64,000 bases of DNA from an uncultured Clostridia bacterium (GCA_934122385.1 CAKOWP010000002.1:610-64609), one strand, 5' to 3'; shown: positions 1-9,166, numbered from the stretch's first letter. The notes: generated by a model not told the origin, from the letters alone. Made by a program: numbers and translations.

Positions 1-217
1 ACTTTTTCACATAAAAGTTGTTCATTTTTTGATGTTACAACTTTTAATTTTATAGAGTACTTTACATTTGTATCAGCCATACCTACATCAACATCAGCCT
101 TTGGACTTTCAAGCCATATCATATGATATTTATCAAGTTCACTTTGAATAACTTCAAAGTGAACAGTAATTACAGGTAATAGTTACATATTATATCATAT
201 TTTTATTACAAAGTAAA

Positions 218-883
218 TTAATTTTGCTCAACCTTAATAACGTTATCAAAACTAATTAAATCCGTAACAAAAGAGTGTTCAGATTTCTTTTTATCTTTAC
301 CAATTATTTTAATGATATTATTTTTATATTTAGACATATCTAATTCAGTAACAATAATTTCATTATCTTCAAGCATTTTTTTAATTTGCTGTAAAGTTTC
401 TTGGCTTTGTTTTTCAAGTTCAATTTCTAGTTCTAACATATTATAATGTTCAATTTTATCAGATATCAAATATGAGTAAGATAAAATTATATAAACTAAC
501 GCTGTAGCAATTATTCCGCATAAATAATATCCGGCACCTATACACAATCCAATACAAGTAACTGCAAGTAATGTTGAGGCAGTTGTTAAGCCTTTAACAT
601 TAAATCCATCTCTTAGTATTGTTCCAGCACCTAGGAATCCTATCCCTGATAATAATTGTGCAGGTATTCTTGAAGAATCTACGCCAAATGATTTTGACAT
701 ATATTCACCACATATCATAACTAAAACCGCACTTATTCCAACTAAAGCATGTGTTCTAAATCCTGCTGGTTTGCTCCAAGATGACCTTTCTAATCCTATA
801 ATTCCTGCTAATATAATTCCTAATAACAATTTTACAATTGTTTGGAATTCAAAACTGTTAATAATTGTTTTTAATATTTCCAT
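218..883 (-). CDS. MgtC/SapB family membrane protein
   Basis: N-terminal 4-5 TM region with the MgtC-type motif LLGIILAGIIGLERS...GFRTHALVG, followed by a soluble C-terminal domain. Confidence 0.8.
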   Translation of the reverse strand: MEILKTIINSFEFQTIVKLLLGIILAGIIGLERSSWSKPAGFRTHALVGISAVLVMICGEYMSKSFGVDSSRIPAQLLSGIGFLGAGTILRDGFNVKGLTTASTLLAVTCIGLCIGAGYYLCGIIATALVYIILSYSYLISDKIEHYNMLELEIELEKQSQETLQQIKKMLEDNEIIVTELDMSKYKNNIIKIIGKDKKKSEHSFVTDLISFDNVIKVEQN

Positions 884-963
884 TTTTTCTATCCTTTCTA
901 AAATTATAATTTTAAGTAAAAGGTTTTAAATTTCGACATGTGCAAAATCGCAATTCCTTTTTA

Positions 964-2556
964 CTATTTCTGTATATCAGAATTCTTTACATTGTACTCT
1001 TCCATAACATTTTTTATTTGTGGAAGAATTTCTTTATTTTTTTCATTTAAAATTGGGAGTATTATCATAAGTCCATTTATGCTTTCGCTAAGTCCTAGCA
1101 GATTTTGAGCATATATATTATGCCTTTCAGAAACAAATTCAGTAATTTCCTTAGCATTGCCTTTATTTGTTCTTATATATATTTCTTCACCCTTTTTTCT
1201 TTTATATGCAGCTATTCTATCTTCCCAAGAAATAACTCCATTTTCTTTTTCTTTTTCAGTAGCTATTCCAATTATACTATCTATTTTTTCTTTACATTCT
1301 TTTATATCTTGCTTTGATGTTGAACTTAATATCAAAAGATTTTCTGATTCTAAATTTTGTTTTCTTTTGTCTACAAATTTTGAAATATCAGTTAAAGTTT
1401 CTATTGTTTCAATATCTGCTTTGCTTAATGTTTTTTCTTCTTGTACTTTTGATATATATGTTCCTTCAAGTAAACTTTCTACTGATTCAGTACTAGGTAT
1501 ACATATTAATCCTAATTTTTTAAGTATTTCATCATCTGTACTCTTTATTGTGTCAGCAATTGCTTTTAAAAAACTCACATCAGTCCATTCTATATATTCA
1601 TCTAAATTTACTCTTTGTGGTGTTGACCTTACATTATTTTCTAAGAACCTTTTGAGTTTAGATTTCTCTTTTGATTGTAACAGCCTTTCCGCAAAGCTTT
1701 TCATAACATAGTCATATTTCTGACAATTTACATTATAATAAAAATTCTTATAATTATAAAATCTGTTTTCTAAGAATCTTAGAATATTTTCCAAATTTTC
1801 TTGTTTATAAATAGGTCGTATTAATTTATTTCCATTTGATTCTGTTACAATTTCCATTGTATAATTATCAAAAAAACAATCAACATCTTCTATAGATTTG
1901 TTCTTATCAGAAATATTCAAAAAATACTCGTCCCTAGGTAAAAAATCACCTCTGTCAACATCTATTTGGCCTTCACTTGTTGATGCTAAACCAAAAGGAT
2001 TTTTTTCTTGAAATTCTAATATAAGTTCATTTAGATTAGGATATATACTATTAAGTGTATCTTTTAATTCCTGATTTTCTAATATTAACCTTCTTCCTAT
2101 ATCTTCATGAAAACCTTTTGGTAATTCACATACAGCCTCCATCGTATGTGAAAATGGTCCATGACCAATATCATGTAATAAATCATTTACAATTTTTGCT
2201 ATTAACCATTTTTTATTGTCATTTTTTTCAAAAACATTTTTCCATGCTTCATTTTCACACAATGTCATTATTGTATTCAAGCTTCTAAAATATGTACCTT
2301 TGCTATGCTCTAATCTCGTATGATGAACCTTGGGTATATTATATATCTTTGTTCCTAATTGTAATATTTTCCCCATTCTTGACATTGCTTGTGTTTTTAA
2401 TATTTTTTCGATTTCCAATGGATAGTATATTATAGCATCTTCATTTGAATATTTATTATTTTTTAATGGTATATCTGTCTCATAAACCATAAAAACAGGT
2501 TTATCAAATAGCCATGTGAAAAATTTATCATAATCATTATAAGTCCTTGACTTCAT
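964..2556 (-). CDS. HD-domain dNTP triphosphohydrolase-like protein (SAMHD1/dGTPase-like) with a C-terminal extension
   Basis: Motifs HHTRLEHSKGT, HDIGHGPFSH and IDVDRGDFLPRD match the HD-superfamily dNTPase signature. About 120 extra C-terminal residues are charged and coiled-coil-like. Confidence 0.75.
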   Translation of the reverse strand: MKSRTYNDYDKFFTWLFDKPVFMVYETDIPLKNNKYSNEDAIIYYPLEIEKILKTQAMSRMGKILQLGTKIYNIPKVHHTRLEHSKGTYFRSLNTIMTLCENEAWKNVFEKNDNKKWLIAKIVNDLLHDIGHGPFSHTMEAVCELPKGFHEDIGRRLILENQELKDTLNSIYPNLNELILEFQEKNPFGLASTSEGQIDVDRGDFLPRDEYFLNISDKNKSIEDVDCFFDNYTMEIVTESNGNKLIRPIYKQENLENILRFLENRFYNYKNFYYNVNCQKYDYVMKSFAERLLQSKEKSKLKRFLENNVRSTPQRVNLDEYIEWTDVSFLKAIADTIKSTDDEILKKLGLICIPSTESVESLLEGTYISKVQEEKTLSKADIETIETLTDISKFVDKRKQNLESENLLILSSTSKQDIKECKEKIDSIIGIATEKEKENGVISWEDRIAAYKRKKGEEIYIRTNKGNAKEITEFVSERHNIYAQNLLGLSESINGLMIILPILNEKNKEILPQIKNVMEEYNVKNSDIQK

Positions 2557-2605
2557 TTATATCACTCCGTTTAAAATATGTTTTTTTATCTATATTAATT
2601 ATTTT

Positions 2606-5158
2606 TTAATCAGTAGTATTATCGGATGTTTTAGAGTTTAAACTATTGCTATTATTCTGCTCTTTTGATGTATTAGAATTATTTGTTACAGAATTATTTT
2701 TATTATTACTATTAGTACCAGAATTTACAGAATTTGTTTTTTCATCATTTTTACTGGAATTATTTTTATTACCAGGATTTTCTGTATTACTATTTGTATT
2801 TTCATTATTCGTATTTTCTTTGGCTTTATCACTATTTGCATTTTCTTTTACAGTATTAGTTTCTTCTTTGACTGTAGTTGTTGGGACATCCAAATCATCT
2901 TTTGTTGTAGTATCAAATGAATCAGCACCAGAATGGGTATTGTTTGTATTTTTATTAGATGTATTACCATCATTTATTTCAGTTCCTGCATGTTTTGTAC
3001 ATGTCGTTGGTTTTGTACCAATTAAAAAATATTCGTCATAAGTATTTGGACAGCCAGTATTGGCTTTTCTACCAGTTTCAGCACAAACTGTCACTTTCAA
3101 AACTGATGAAGGCTTATCAAATTTTGCACTTTGTAAATTTGAATGTACTCTACTCATAATATTAGCCCATAAAATTCCTGCTGGATTTTTTTTGCCGTTA
3201 TAATTGATTGACTCATTTTTATCATATCCATACCATGTAACACCTGTATAATATGGTGTAAATCCGCAAAGCCATCTATCATAATTATCGTCTGTTGTTC
3301 CTGTTTTTGCAGCAACATCCATTCCAGAAATTGAACAATATGTTGCTGTTCCATAGCTTCCTTTTACAGGTTCTGTTAATAATTCTTTTACTATGTAAGC
3401 AACTTCTTTTGAAAATACTCTTTTCTTTTTCTGCTTTACTTCTACAATAACCTTTTTATTTGATGTCTCAGCTTTTGTATAAAATGTTGGTTCTATATAT
3501 TCTCCGTCATTCGCAATTGTCGCATATGCTCCAGCCATTTGTAATGGACTTATTCCTTTGTCTAACCCACCTAATGCAAGTGCTAAATTTTCGTCTTTTT
3601 GGCTAAGTGTTGTAATTCCCATTTTTTCAAGATATTTCATAGACGTTTTAGGTCCTATTTTTTCCATCATTTCTACAAAGGGAATATTTTGAGAAGATTC
3701 TAGAGCCCTTCTCACAGTAATATTTCCGAGATATTTACTATAGTTTTCAGGTTTGTATCCATCAGCAAATATTGTTTGTTCGTCCGCAAATATTGTTGAA
3801 CCTGTAAACTCTTTTTTTGCAATTCCTGGTACTAAAACAGCTATCGGTTTTATACATGAACCAGTTTGCCTAATTGACTGAGTTGCACGGTTTAATCCTC
3901 TTGATGTTATTTTTTTACCAAGTCCGCCTACACATCCTACAACTTGCCCTGTTTTATGGTCTATTATTACCATAGCAGCTTGTGAAGGGTCTCCTCCTGT
4001 TTTTGATGCAAGTTGATATTTAGTTTTTTCAAATTCTTTTTCCATTTGATTTTGAACAGATGTATTTTGAGTACTATAAATTGTAAGACCTGCCATATTT
4101 ACATAATTTGTAGCAAATGTTTTTGTAATTTTCTTTTTATCTGCAATGTCATCTATTAGTTGTGATATTAATGCATCTGTATGATATGAATAAACTGCAT
4201 CATCTGTTTCAATTTTTCCTTTTTTAAATTTTAGTCCATTGTCAACATTTGCAACAGCTGTATTATATTCATCTTCATTAATATATTTAAGTTTCAACAT
4301 TTTTGACAAAACAGTTTTTGTTCTGGTTTTAATCTTTTCTGTATTATCCTTGTCACCATAAGGATTATAGGAATTTGGTGAATTATTAATACCTGCCATA
4401 AATGCACATTCTTCTAACGACAAATCACTTACAGATTTATTAAAGTAATAGTTTGCACCTGTTTCTATTCCATAAACATTTGGTCCAACATAAATTATAT
4501 TTAAATATAAAGCTAATATTTCATCTTTGCTCATAAAAGATTCAAGTATTACTGCTTTTCCCCATTCGTTTACCTTTCTTGAAATCTTACTTGAAGAATC
4601 TCCCGTTAAGTTTTTGACAACTTGTTGCGTTATACTACTTCCTCCAAATGATGATGAACCACGGTGAAATACATATGATGCAATTGCAGCACTTGTTCTT
4701 TTGACATCTACCCCATGATGCTTATAAAATCTTTCATCCTCTATTGCTACATACGCATTCTTTAAATTGCTTGGAATTTCTGATGCAGAAATTTTATTTT
4801 TTGCTTTTTCGCTTCCTATTTCCGCTATAGTTTTCCCATCTGTATCTTTAACAATTGAATTTTCGTTTTTTGACATTTCTTGTACTAAACTTTTCCATCT
4901 ATTTGCTGATACAGCTGTACATATTCCAAAAATTAAAATTAAAGCAATAATAAGTGATAATATTACTAGCTGTATTTTCTTTTTTCTTTTTGTGTGCTCT
5001 GGTGCTTTTATTTTATTTTTATTTCCGCGTTTGCTCTTTCTGTTATTTCTTTCATTTTGAATATCTTCTTTTTTTTCTTTTGTTTTTAAACTTATTAATA
5101 TATTTTTTCCGTTTTCTTTTTCTGTATTTTTCCTTTCTTTTGAATGTTTACTTTTCAT
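2606..5158 (-). CDS. Class A penicillin-binding protein (PBP1A-type transglycosylase/transpeptidase)
   Basis: GT51 motifs AIEDERFYKHHGVD and GGSSITQQ. Transpeptidase motifs SCIKP and KTGTT. K/R-rich cytoplasmic N-terminus, one TM, and an N/S/T-rich low-complexity C-terminal tail. Confidence 0.9.
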   Translation of the reverse strand: MKSKHSKERKNTEKENGKNILISLKTKEKKEDIQNERNNRKSKRGNKNKIKAPEHTKRKKKIQLVILSLIIALILIFGICTAVSANRWKSLVQEMSKNENSIVKDTDGKTIAEIGSEKAKNKISASEIPSNLKNAYVAIEDERFYKHHGVDVKRTSAAIASYVFHRGSSSFGGSSITQQVVKNLTGDSSSKISRKVNEWGKAVILESFMSKDEILALYLNIIYVGPNVYGIETGANYYFNKSVSDLSLEECAFMAGINNSPNSYNPYGDKDNTEKIKTRTKTVLSKMLKLKYINEDEYNTAVANVDNGLKFKKGKIETDDAVYSYHTDALISQLIDDIADKKKITKTFATNYVNMAGLTIYSTQNTSVQNQMEKEFEKTKYQLASKTGGDPSQAAMVIIDHKTGQVVGCVGGLGKKITSRGLNRATQSIRQTGSCIKPIAVLVPGIAKKEFTGSTIFADEQTIFADGYKPENYSKYLGNITVRRALESSQNIPFVEMMEKIGPKTSMKYLEKMGITTLSQKDENLALALGGLDKGISPLQMAGAYATIANDGEYIEPTFYTKAETSNKKVIVEVKQKKKRVFSKEVAYIVKELLTEPVKGSYGTATYCSISGMDVAAKTGTTDDNYDRWLCGFTPYYTGVTWYGYDKNESINYNGKKNPAGILWANIMSRVHSNLQSAKFDKPSSVLKVTVCAETGRKANTGCPNTYDEYFLIGTKPTTCTKHAGTEINDGNTSNKNTNNTHSGADSFDTTTKDDLDVPTTTVKEETNTVKENANSDKAKENTNNENTNSNTENPGNKNNSSKNDEKTNSVNSGTNSNNKNNSVTNNSNTSKEQNNSNSLNSKTSDNTTD

Positions 5159-5287
5159 TTATTTACCTCTAATCTCTTAATAATTCTGAACCTTTTATTA
5201 TATCTTTCAAAGTTATTTTCCTTTTCTATTTATATATTGCTAATTATATAATATTATAGTCTAAATTTCAACAAAATTAGTAAATTT

Positions 5288-5327
5288 AAATAGGGCGACC
5301 AGTGTTACAACACTAGCCGCCCTATTT
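5288..5327 (-). terminator. Long GC-containing hairpin downstream of the 5365-5970 ORF
   Basis: AAATAGGGCG...CGCCCTATTT stem with further inner pairing, followed by a T-rich tract on the minus strand. Confidence 0.55.
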
Positions 5328-5364
5328 AAAACTATCTTATTAAAGCAAAACGTCTCTTACTAAT

Positions 5365-5970
5365 CTAAAGAGTTTTAAAGTACTTTTTGTGTGCTCTGGT
5401 GCTATTAACAAGCTCTAAGAAATTCATTTTATTTTTTTCTGTTTTTTCCTTGAAAAAATCCAAAGTCGAAGAAGTATACCCCAATCTTCTTTCAATATCC
5501 TTCTCTGTTATTGTATCGTTATTTTCAAGAGAACTAAAAATGAATTCACATACAGGATATATTCCAGAGTAATAGTCAATTGGCTCGGTTCTGAAGTACG
5601 CAGTACACATACGTTCAAATTGATAACTTCTATCCCCAAATTGAAAATGTTCAGAAATTTTTTTAATAAAATCTACATAATTTTTAGAGTCATATGAAAA
5701 TGCACTCAACATTTCAAACATTTTTATATTATTTTCGATATATTGCATTTGCTCTATATTTTTTACTGCTTCTCTCATATTTGGATCCTTTATCAATTCT
5801 TCAGGATCAATTTCATCATGAGGAATATTATTAGATACTACAGAAGCTTTTTTATGTTTTTTTGCATTATTATTTTCCAAAGATATTGAAAAATCTTCAA
5901 AATTAATCATTTTTTTCAATATTTTTAGAATCTGTGAAAATCCTTTCCGTACTTTAATTTTAATGTCCAT
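5365..5970 (-). CDS. Hypothetical protein
   Basis: Long ORF. Start moved to MDIKIKV because AAAGGAGA lies 7 nt upstream of that ATG. No recognisable motif. Confidence 0.55.
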   Translation of the reverse strand: MDIKIKVRKGFSQILKILKKMINFEDFSISLENNNAKKHKKASVVSNNIPHDEIDPEELIKDPNMREAVKNIEQMQYIENNIKMFEMLSAFSYDSKNYVDFIKKISEHFQFGDRSYQFERMCTAYFRTEPIDYYSGIYPVCEFIFSSLENNDTITEKDIERRLGYTSSTLDFFKEKTEKNKMNFLELVNSTRAHKKYFKTL

Positions 5971-6477
5971 ACTGTATTCTCCTTTCATGTATGTATAATA
6001 AAATAGTTTTTTATATTGCACCACTCTACCAATTAAAAATCAGTAAATTAGCAATAAAATTACATTGTTACATTATTATAATACCATAAATTAATATAAA
6101 ATGCAATATTTACTAACAAATATATTGGAATTCTAAATTTATTTTTCAATTCATATAAACCATCAAAAACACTTTTTCTTAACAAAACAGACCTTGACAC
6201 ATAAGAATTATTTTTTCTTTTATATACATTTATATTTTCCGTTTTTATCAATTCTTCTACAGAAAGATTTATTAATTCCTATTTACCATTTTTTTACTTT
6301 TAAATAGCATTTAATAGGTAAATAGAAATTACTTTTTCTAAATAGATTTTACTTTTTCAATTGGCCATTATTTTTTATCATGTGTAATAAAAAAAGTTTT
6401 TATTTTTATTCTAATAAAAAGGGTTTATTTTTATTAAAAACTATTATATAATACACACTGAACGGAGAGTGAAACAT

Positions 6478-7467
6478 ATGATTAATCATGAAGAAAACCC
6501 TGAATATTTAAATTCATTTTTAGACTATACTATGACAATTTTAAACAAATCCCCTAACACAATAAAAGAATATAACTACGACCTAGCAATGTTTTTAAAA
6601 TTTATAAAAACAAGATTTAGATTAACAGATGAAGAAGATTATTCAATGATAGAAATAAAAGATATTAGTCTTGATACCATAAAACAAATTAAATTAGACG
6701 ATATTCACGCTTTTTTAAGTTATCTAACAACTACGTACCACAGTAAAGCAGCAACAAGAGCAAGGAAGGCTTCCAGCATACGTGTTTTTTTCAATTATTT
6801 ATGTGCAAAAGCAAACTTGATTGATAGTAACCCTGCTCAAAATTTGGAAACTCCAAAATTAGATAGACGTCTTCCAAAATATTTAAGTTTAGAAGACAGT
6901 CAAAAACTTTTGGAAGTTACAGAAAATGAAGACAATAGAAATTATCAAAGAGATTATGCTATTATCACACTATTTTTAAATTGTGGTATGCGTTTGTCTG
7001 AATTGGTTGGAATAAATATAAATGATATAGATTTTTCTGAAAATAAAATGACTGTTATTGGTAAAGGTAATAAAGAAAGAACAATTTATCTAAATAAAGC
7101 CTGTGTAAGAGCCATTGGAAATTATTTAGAGGTTAGGCCGAAAGATGGTATTAAGACAGATAAATTAAATTCAAGAAAAGCTCTATTTTTAAGTGAAAGA
7201 CGAGAACGTATTAGTAAAAGAACGGTTCAACATATTGTTGATAAAGAACTTATGGCTGCGAGCCTTGATACAAAAAAATATTCAACGCATAAATTAAGAC
7301 ATACAGCGGCTACATTAATGTATCAATACGGAGATGTTGATATAAGAGCTTTGCAAGAAGTTCTTGGCCATGAAAGTATTTCTACTACAGAAATTTATAC
7401 TCATGTTTCAAATAAACAAGCTAGAAATGCTATCGAAAGTAATCCATTAGCAAATTTTAATAAATAA
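6478..7467 (+). CDS. Tyrosine site-specific recombinase, XerC/XerD family
   Basis: C-terminal catalytic motifs HKLRHTAATLMY and LGHESISTTEIYTHV. N-terminal SAM-like core-binding domain. GGAGAG lies 8 nt upstream of the ATG at 6478. Confidence 0.85.
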   Translation: MINHEENPEYLNSFLDYTMTILNKSPNTIKEYNYDLAMFLKFIKTRFRLTDEEDYSMIEIKDISLDTIKQIKLDDIHAFLSYLTTTYHSKAATRARKASSIRVFFNYLCAKANLIDSNPAQNLETPKLDRRLPKYLSLEDSQKLLEVTENEDNRNYQRDYAIITLFLNCGMRLSELVGININDIDFSENKMTVIGKGNKERTIYLNKACVRAIGNYLEVRPKDGIKTDKLNSRKALFLSERRERISKRTVQHIVDKELMAASLDTKKYSTHKLRHTAATLMYQYGDVDIRALQEVLGHESISTTEIYTHVSNKQARNAIESNPLANFNK

Positions 7468-7468
7468 C

Positions 7469-7496
7469 AAGGTGCCCTAATTAAAGGACACCTTTT
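7469..7496. terminator. Bidirectional intrinsic terminator between convergent genes
   Basis: AAGGTGCCC / GGACACCTT stem (one mismatch) followed by TTTT. Confidence 0.55.
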
Positions 7497-7499
7497 CCT

Positions 7500-7808
7500 C
7501 TAAAAACTGGGAATTTTTAATTTGTCTCCTTCATTTAAATTTGCATTTGCTAAATTATTTACTTTTTTTAATTCATTAACAACATATCTTATATCTTTAC
7601 CTTCAAAGTATTTATTATTTTCTAATTCTTCTTGGGCTATTGACCACAATGTATCTCCAGCACACACATATTCTTCTTTATATTTTATTTCTACATTTGA
7701 ATATGCGTTAGTCGCAAAAATTACTATTGAACTTATTAAAATTGCTAATATTACATTACTTCTTATAAATTTTGCTTTATTTACTATTCTCATTATAATT
7801 ACCTCCAA
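7500..7808 (-). CDS. Small LysM-domain membrane protein, YneA-like candidate SOS cell-division inhibitor
   Basis: 102 aa with an N-terminal TM and a C-terminal LysM (GDTLWSIAQ...GDKLKIP). It is preceded by a consensus promoter overlapped by two LexA-type boxes. Confidence 0.7.
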   Translation of the reverse strand: MEVIIMRIVNKAKFIRSNVILAILISSIVIFATNAYSNVEIKYKEEYVCAGDTLWSIAQEELENNKYFEGKDIRYVVNELKKVNNLANANLNEGDKLKIPSF

Positions 7809-7843
7809 TTCGTATTAAGAATATTTGTTTGCTCTGTGAGATA

Positions 7844-7872
7844 ATTATATACGAACATTTATTCTTTGTCAA
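7844..7872 (-). promoter_or_regulatory. Consensus sigma-A promoter TTGACA-17-TATAAT for the LysM gene
   Basis: The minus strand reads TTGACA aagaataaatgttcgta TATAAT, with an exact 17-nt spacer. Confidence 0.7.
7852..7865. promoter_or_regulatory. LexA (Cheo-type) box candidate 1
   Basis: CGAACATTTATTCT versus the Firmicute consensus CGAAC-N4-GTTCG (2 mismatches). It lies in the promoter spacer. Confidence 0.55.
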
Positions 7873-7880
7873 TAGTTTTT

Positions 7881-7894
7881 AGAAAAAATGTTCG
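7881..7894. promoter_or_regulatory. LexA (Cheo-type) box candidate 2
   Basis: AGAAAAAATGTTCG versus CGAAC-N4-GTTCG (2 mismatches). It lies just upstream of the -35. Confidence 0.5.
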
Positions 7895-7910
7895 TCTTTT
7901 TTATTTTATC

Positions 7911-8144
7911 GTTACAGTTCAGTAATAAAAATCCCTAAAATACCTGTGAATGATATTTTGAATATATTTCGAATGTGACCAAAATAGTGTTACAAATTCT
8001 TAAGTAAATACTCTAAAGGGTCCTGCCTTCGGGTATTGTTAGAGTATTTACATTAGAATTTGTTAACATCATGTAGGGAACCTGAGAAAATATGAAAAAT
8101 ATCATCCACAGATATTTCAGGGATTTTTCCTGTTGAACTGTAAC
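7911..8144. repeat. 234-nt imperfect palindrome: structured RNA (6S-like) or MITE-like element
   Basis: Left arm 7911-8016 pairs with right arm 8039-8144. An ~18-nt unpaired internal loop lies on each side (7971-7988 / 8068-8086). The apical 22 nt contain a cc-UUCG-gg mini-hairpin. Confidence 0.6.
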
Positions 8145-8147
8145 ATT

Positions 8148-9101
8148 TTATCTTTTAAAATTAAATCTATAATAATACGGTTTTATATCATTCAATAGTA
8201 CGTCCATATATACCATGTTTCCATAGCAGTCTTGAACCTTTAAATTTGGAAAAGTTCTTAGCATTTTCTTGTCTCCCCAATATTTATAAATAAAATTAGA
8301 TAATTTTTTATCATTATAAATATCATCATATTTTTGCATAATTATTTCCTTGTTTGGTACATTTAAATCATAATTATGTACCATTCTTACTAAAAAGAAT
8401 GATAACGCTATTCCTGTTGCAATACAATCAACAAGTAGAAATATTGTAACTGTCGTTGTAAGTACCTTCAAAGCTTTAACAGAAAGTTTGCTTTTTATCC
8501 AATTTATTAGTCTGTCTATTCTAGGATTAAATGATGCAATTAGGTATAATGCTAAAAATCCCCAAAATATTGAGAAATAAACACATATTCTTCCATTAAT
8601 ATTAAGTGGCATGTCTGAATAGTCCCACCATTTTACACCTAATAGTATCTCACCTATCCAGCTAACTAGATATTCAACAATTGAACCAACTATAAAACCT
8701 CCAATGAATAGTCGTGTATAGTTTTTTGAATATTTATGTAAGAAAATAATCATTATTGCTGCACCTAGTCCATATATCGCACAAAATGGTCCATATAAAA
8801 AGCTCTGTCTGCTCTCCCATGTTCCCTTAGTTATTATTCCAAATATTGTTTCTATTATATATCCTACTACACTATATATTATGAAGTATGCCAATATTCT
8901 CCATACTGACAAACCCATAATTGTAAATTTTTTCTTTTGATTTGTAGCTTTAGTATTTGTTTGCTCCAATTTATTATCTATTTCCGCTTCTTTATTGCTT
9001 TTTTTTACTGTGTTTTTTATTTCAGCTTCTTTACTGCCTTTTTCAACTTTATTTTTTATTTCATTTTCTTTCATAATATATTTTTCACTCATTTCATTCA
9101 T
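8148..9101 (-). CDS. Polytopic membrane protein (putative ABC-transporter type IV / CmpB-like family) with a K/E-rich N-terminus
   Basis: About 7 TM segments with a YSVVGYIIETIFG-type first helix. The N-terminal 60 aa is lysine/glutamate-rich with an internal repeat. Confidence 0.6.
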   Translation of the reverse strand: MNEMSEKYIMKENEIKNKVEKGSKEAEIKNTVKKSNKEAEIDNKLEQTNTKATNQKKKFTIMGLSVWRILAYFIIYSVVGYIIETIFGIITKGTWESRQSFLYGPFCAIYGLGAAIMIIFLHKYSKNYTRLFIGGFIVGSIVEYLVSWIGEILLGVKWWDYSDMPLNINGRICVYFSIFWGFLALYLIASFNPRIDRLINWIKSKLSVKALKVLTTTVTIFLLVDCIATGIALSFFLVRMVHNYDLNVPNKEIIMQKYDDIYNDKKLSNFIYKYWGDKKMLRTFPNLKVQDCYGNMVYMDVLLNDIKPYYYRFNFKR

Positions 9102-9126
9102 AATTATATATTTTCATGTCCTTTTT

Positions 9127-9166
9127 GGAACCGATGTCTCAAACAGAACCGTCCCCAATAAGACAT
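9127..9166. repeat. REP-like hairpin repeat, type 1 (GGGGACGGTTC loop family)
   Basis: GGAACCGATGTCTCAAACAGAACCGTCCCCAATAAGACAT. The same core occurs at 58545, 62630 and 62731. Confidence 0.85.

Noticed and set aside
1-182. An open minus-strand frame running out of the window start (…VITVHFEVIQSELDKYHMIWLESPKADVDVGMADTNVKY…).
   Set aside because: It could be the 5' part of a real gene downstream of MgtC. However, no start codon with an RBS could be assigned and no motif was recognised, so there is too little sequence to call.
2606-3010. The N/S/T-rich 3' region of the PBP gene considered as a tandem DNA repeat or separate gene.
   Set aside because: It is compositional low complexity without a fixed repeat period. 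It is in frame with the PBP and reads as a disordered tail.
3154-3354. Same-strand alternative-frame ORFs inside genes (3154-3354, 16926-17177, 55541-55849, 56357-56548, 62886-63188).
   Set aside because: They are fully nested in, or antisense to, well-supported CDSs, with no independent signals.
6060-6251. A 63-aa minus-strand ORF.
   Set aside because: It has a TTG start without a Shine-Dalgarno sequence, an odd composition and no motif. It is probably non-coding leader sequence.
7911-8144. The palindrome considered as an invertible (phase-variable) DNA switch for the nearby tyrosine recombinase.
   Set aside because: The inverted arms are about 105 nt long and separated by only 22 nt, so there is no invertible cargo such as a promoter between them.
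8937-9101. The K/E-rich repeated N-terminus of the membrane protein considered as a DNA tandem repeat of interest.
   Set aside because: There are only two imperfect copies of a short lysine-rich coding segment. This is compatible with ordinary low-complexity expansion.
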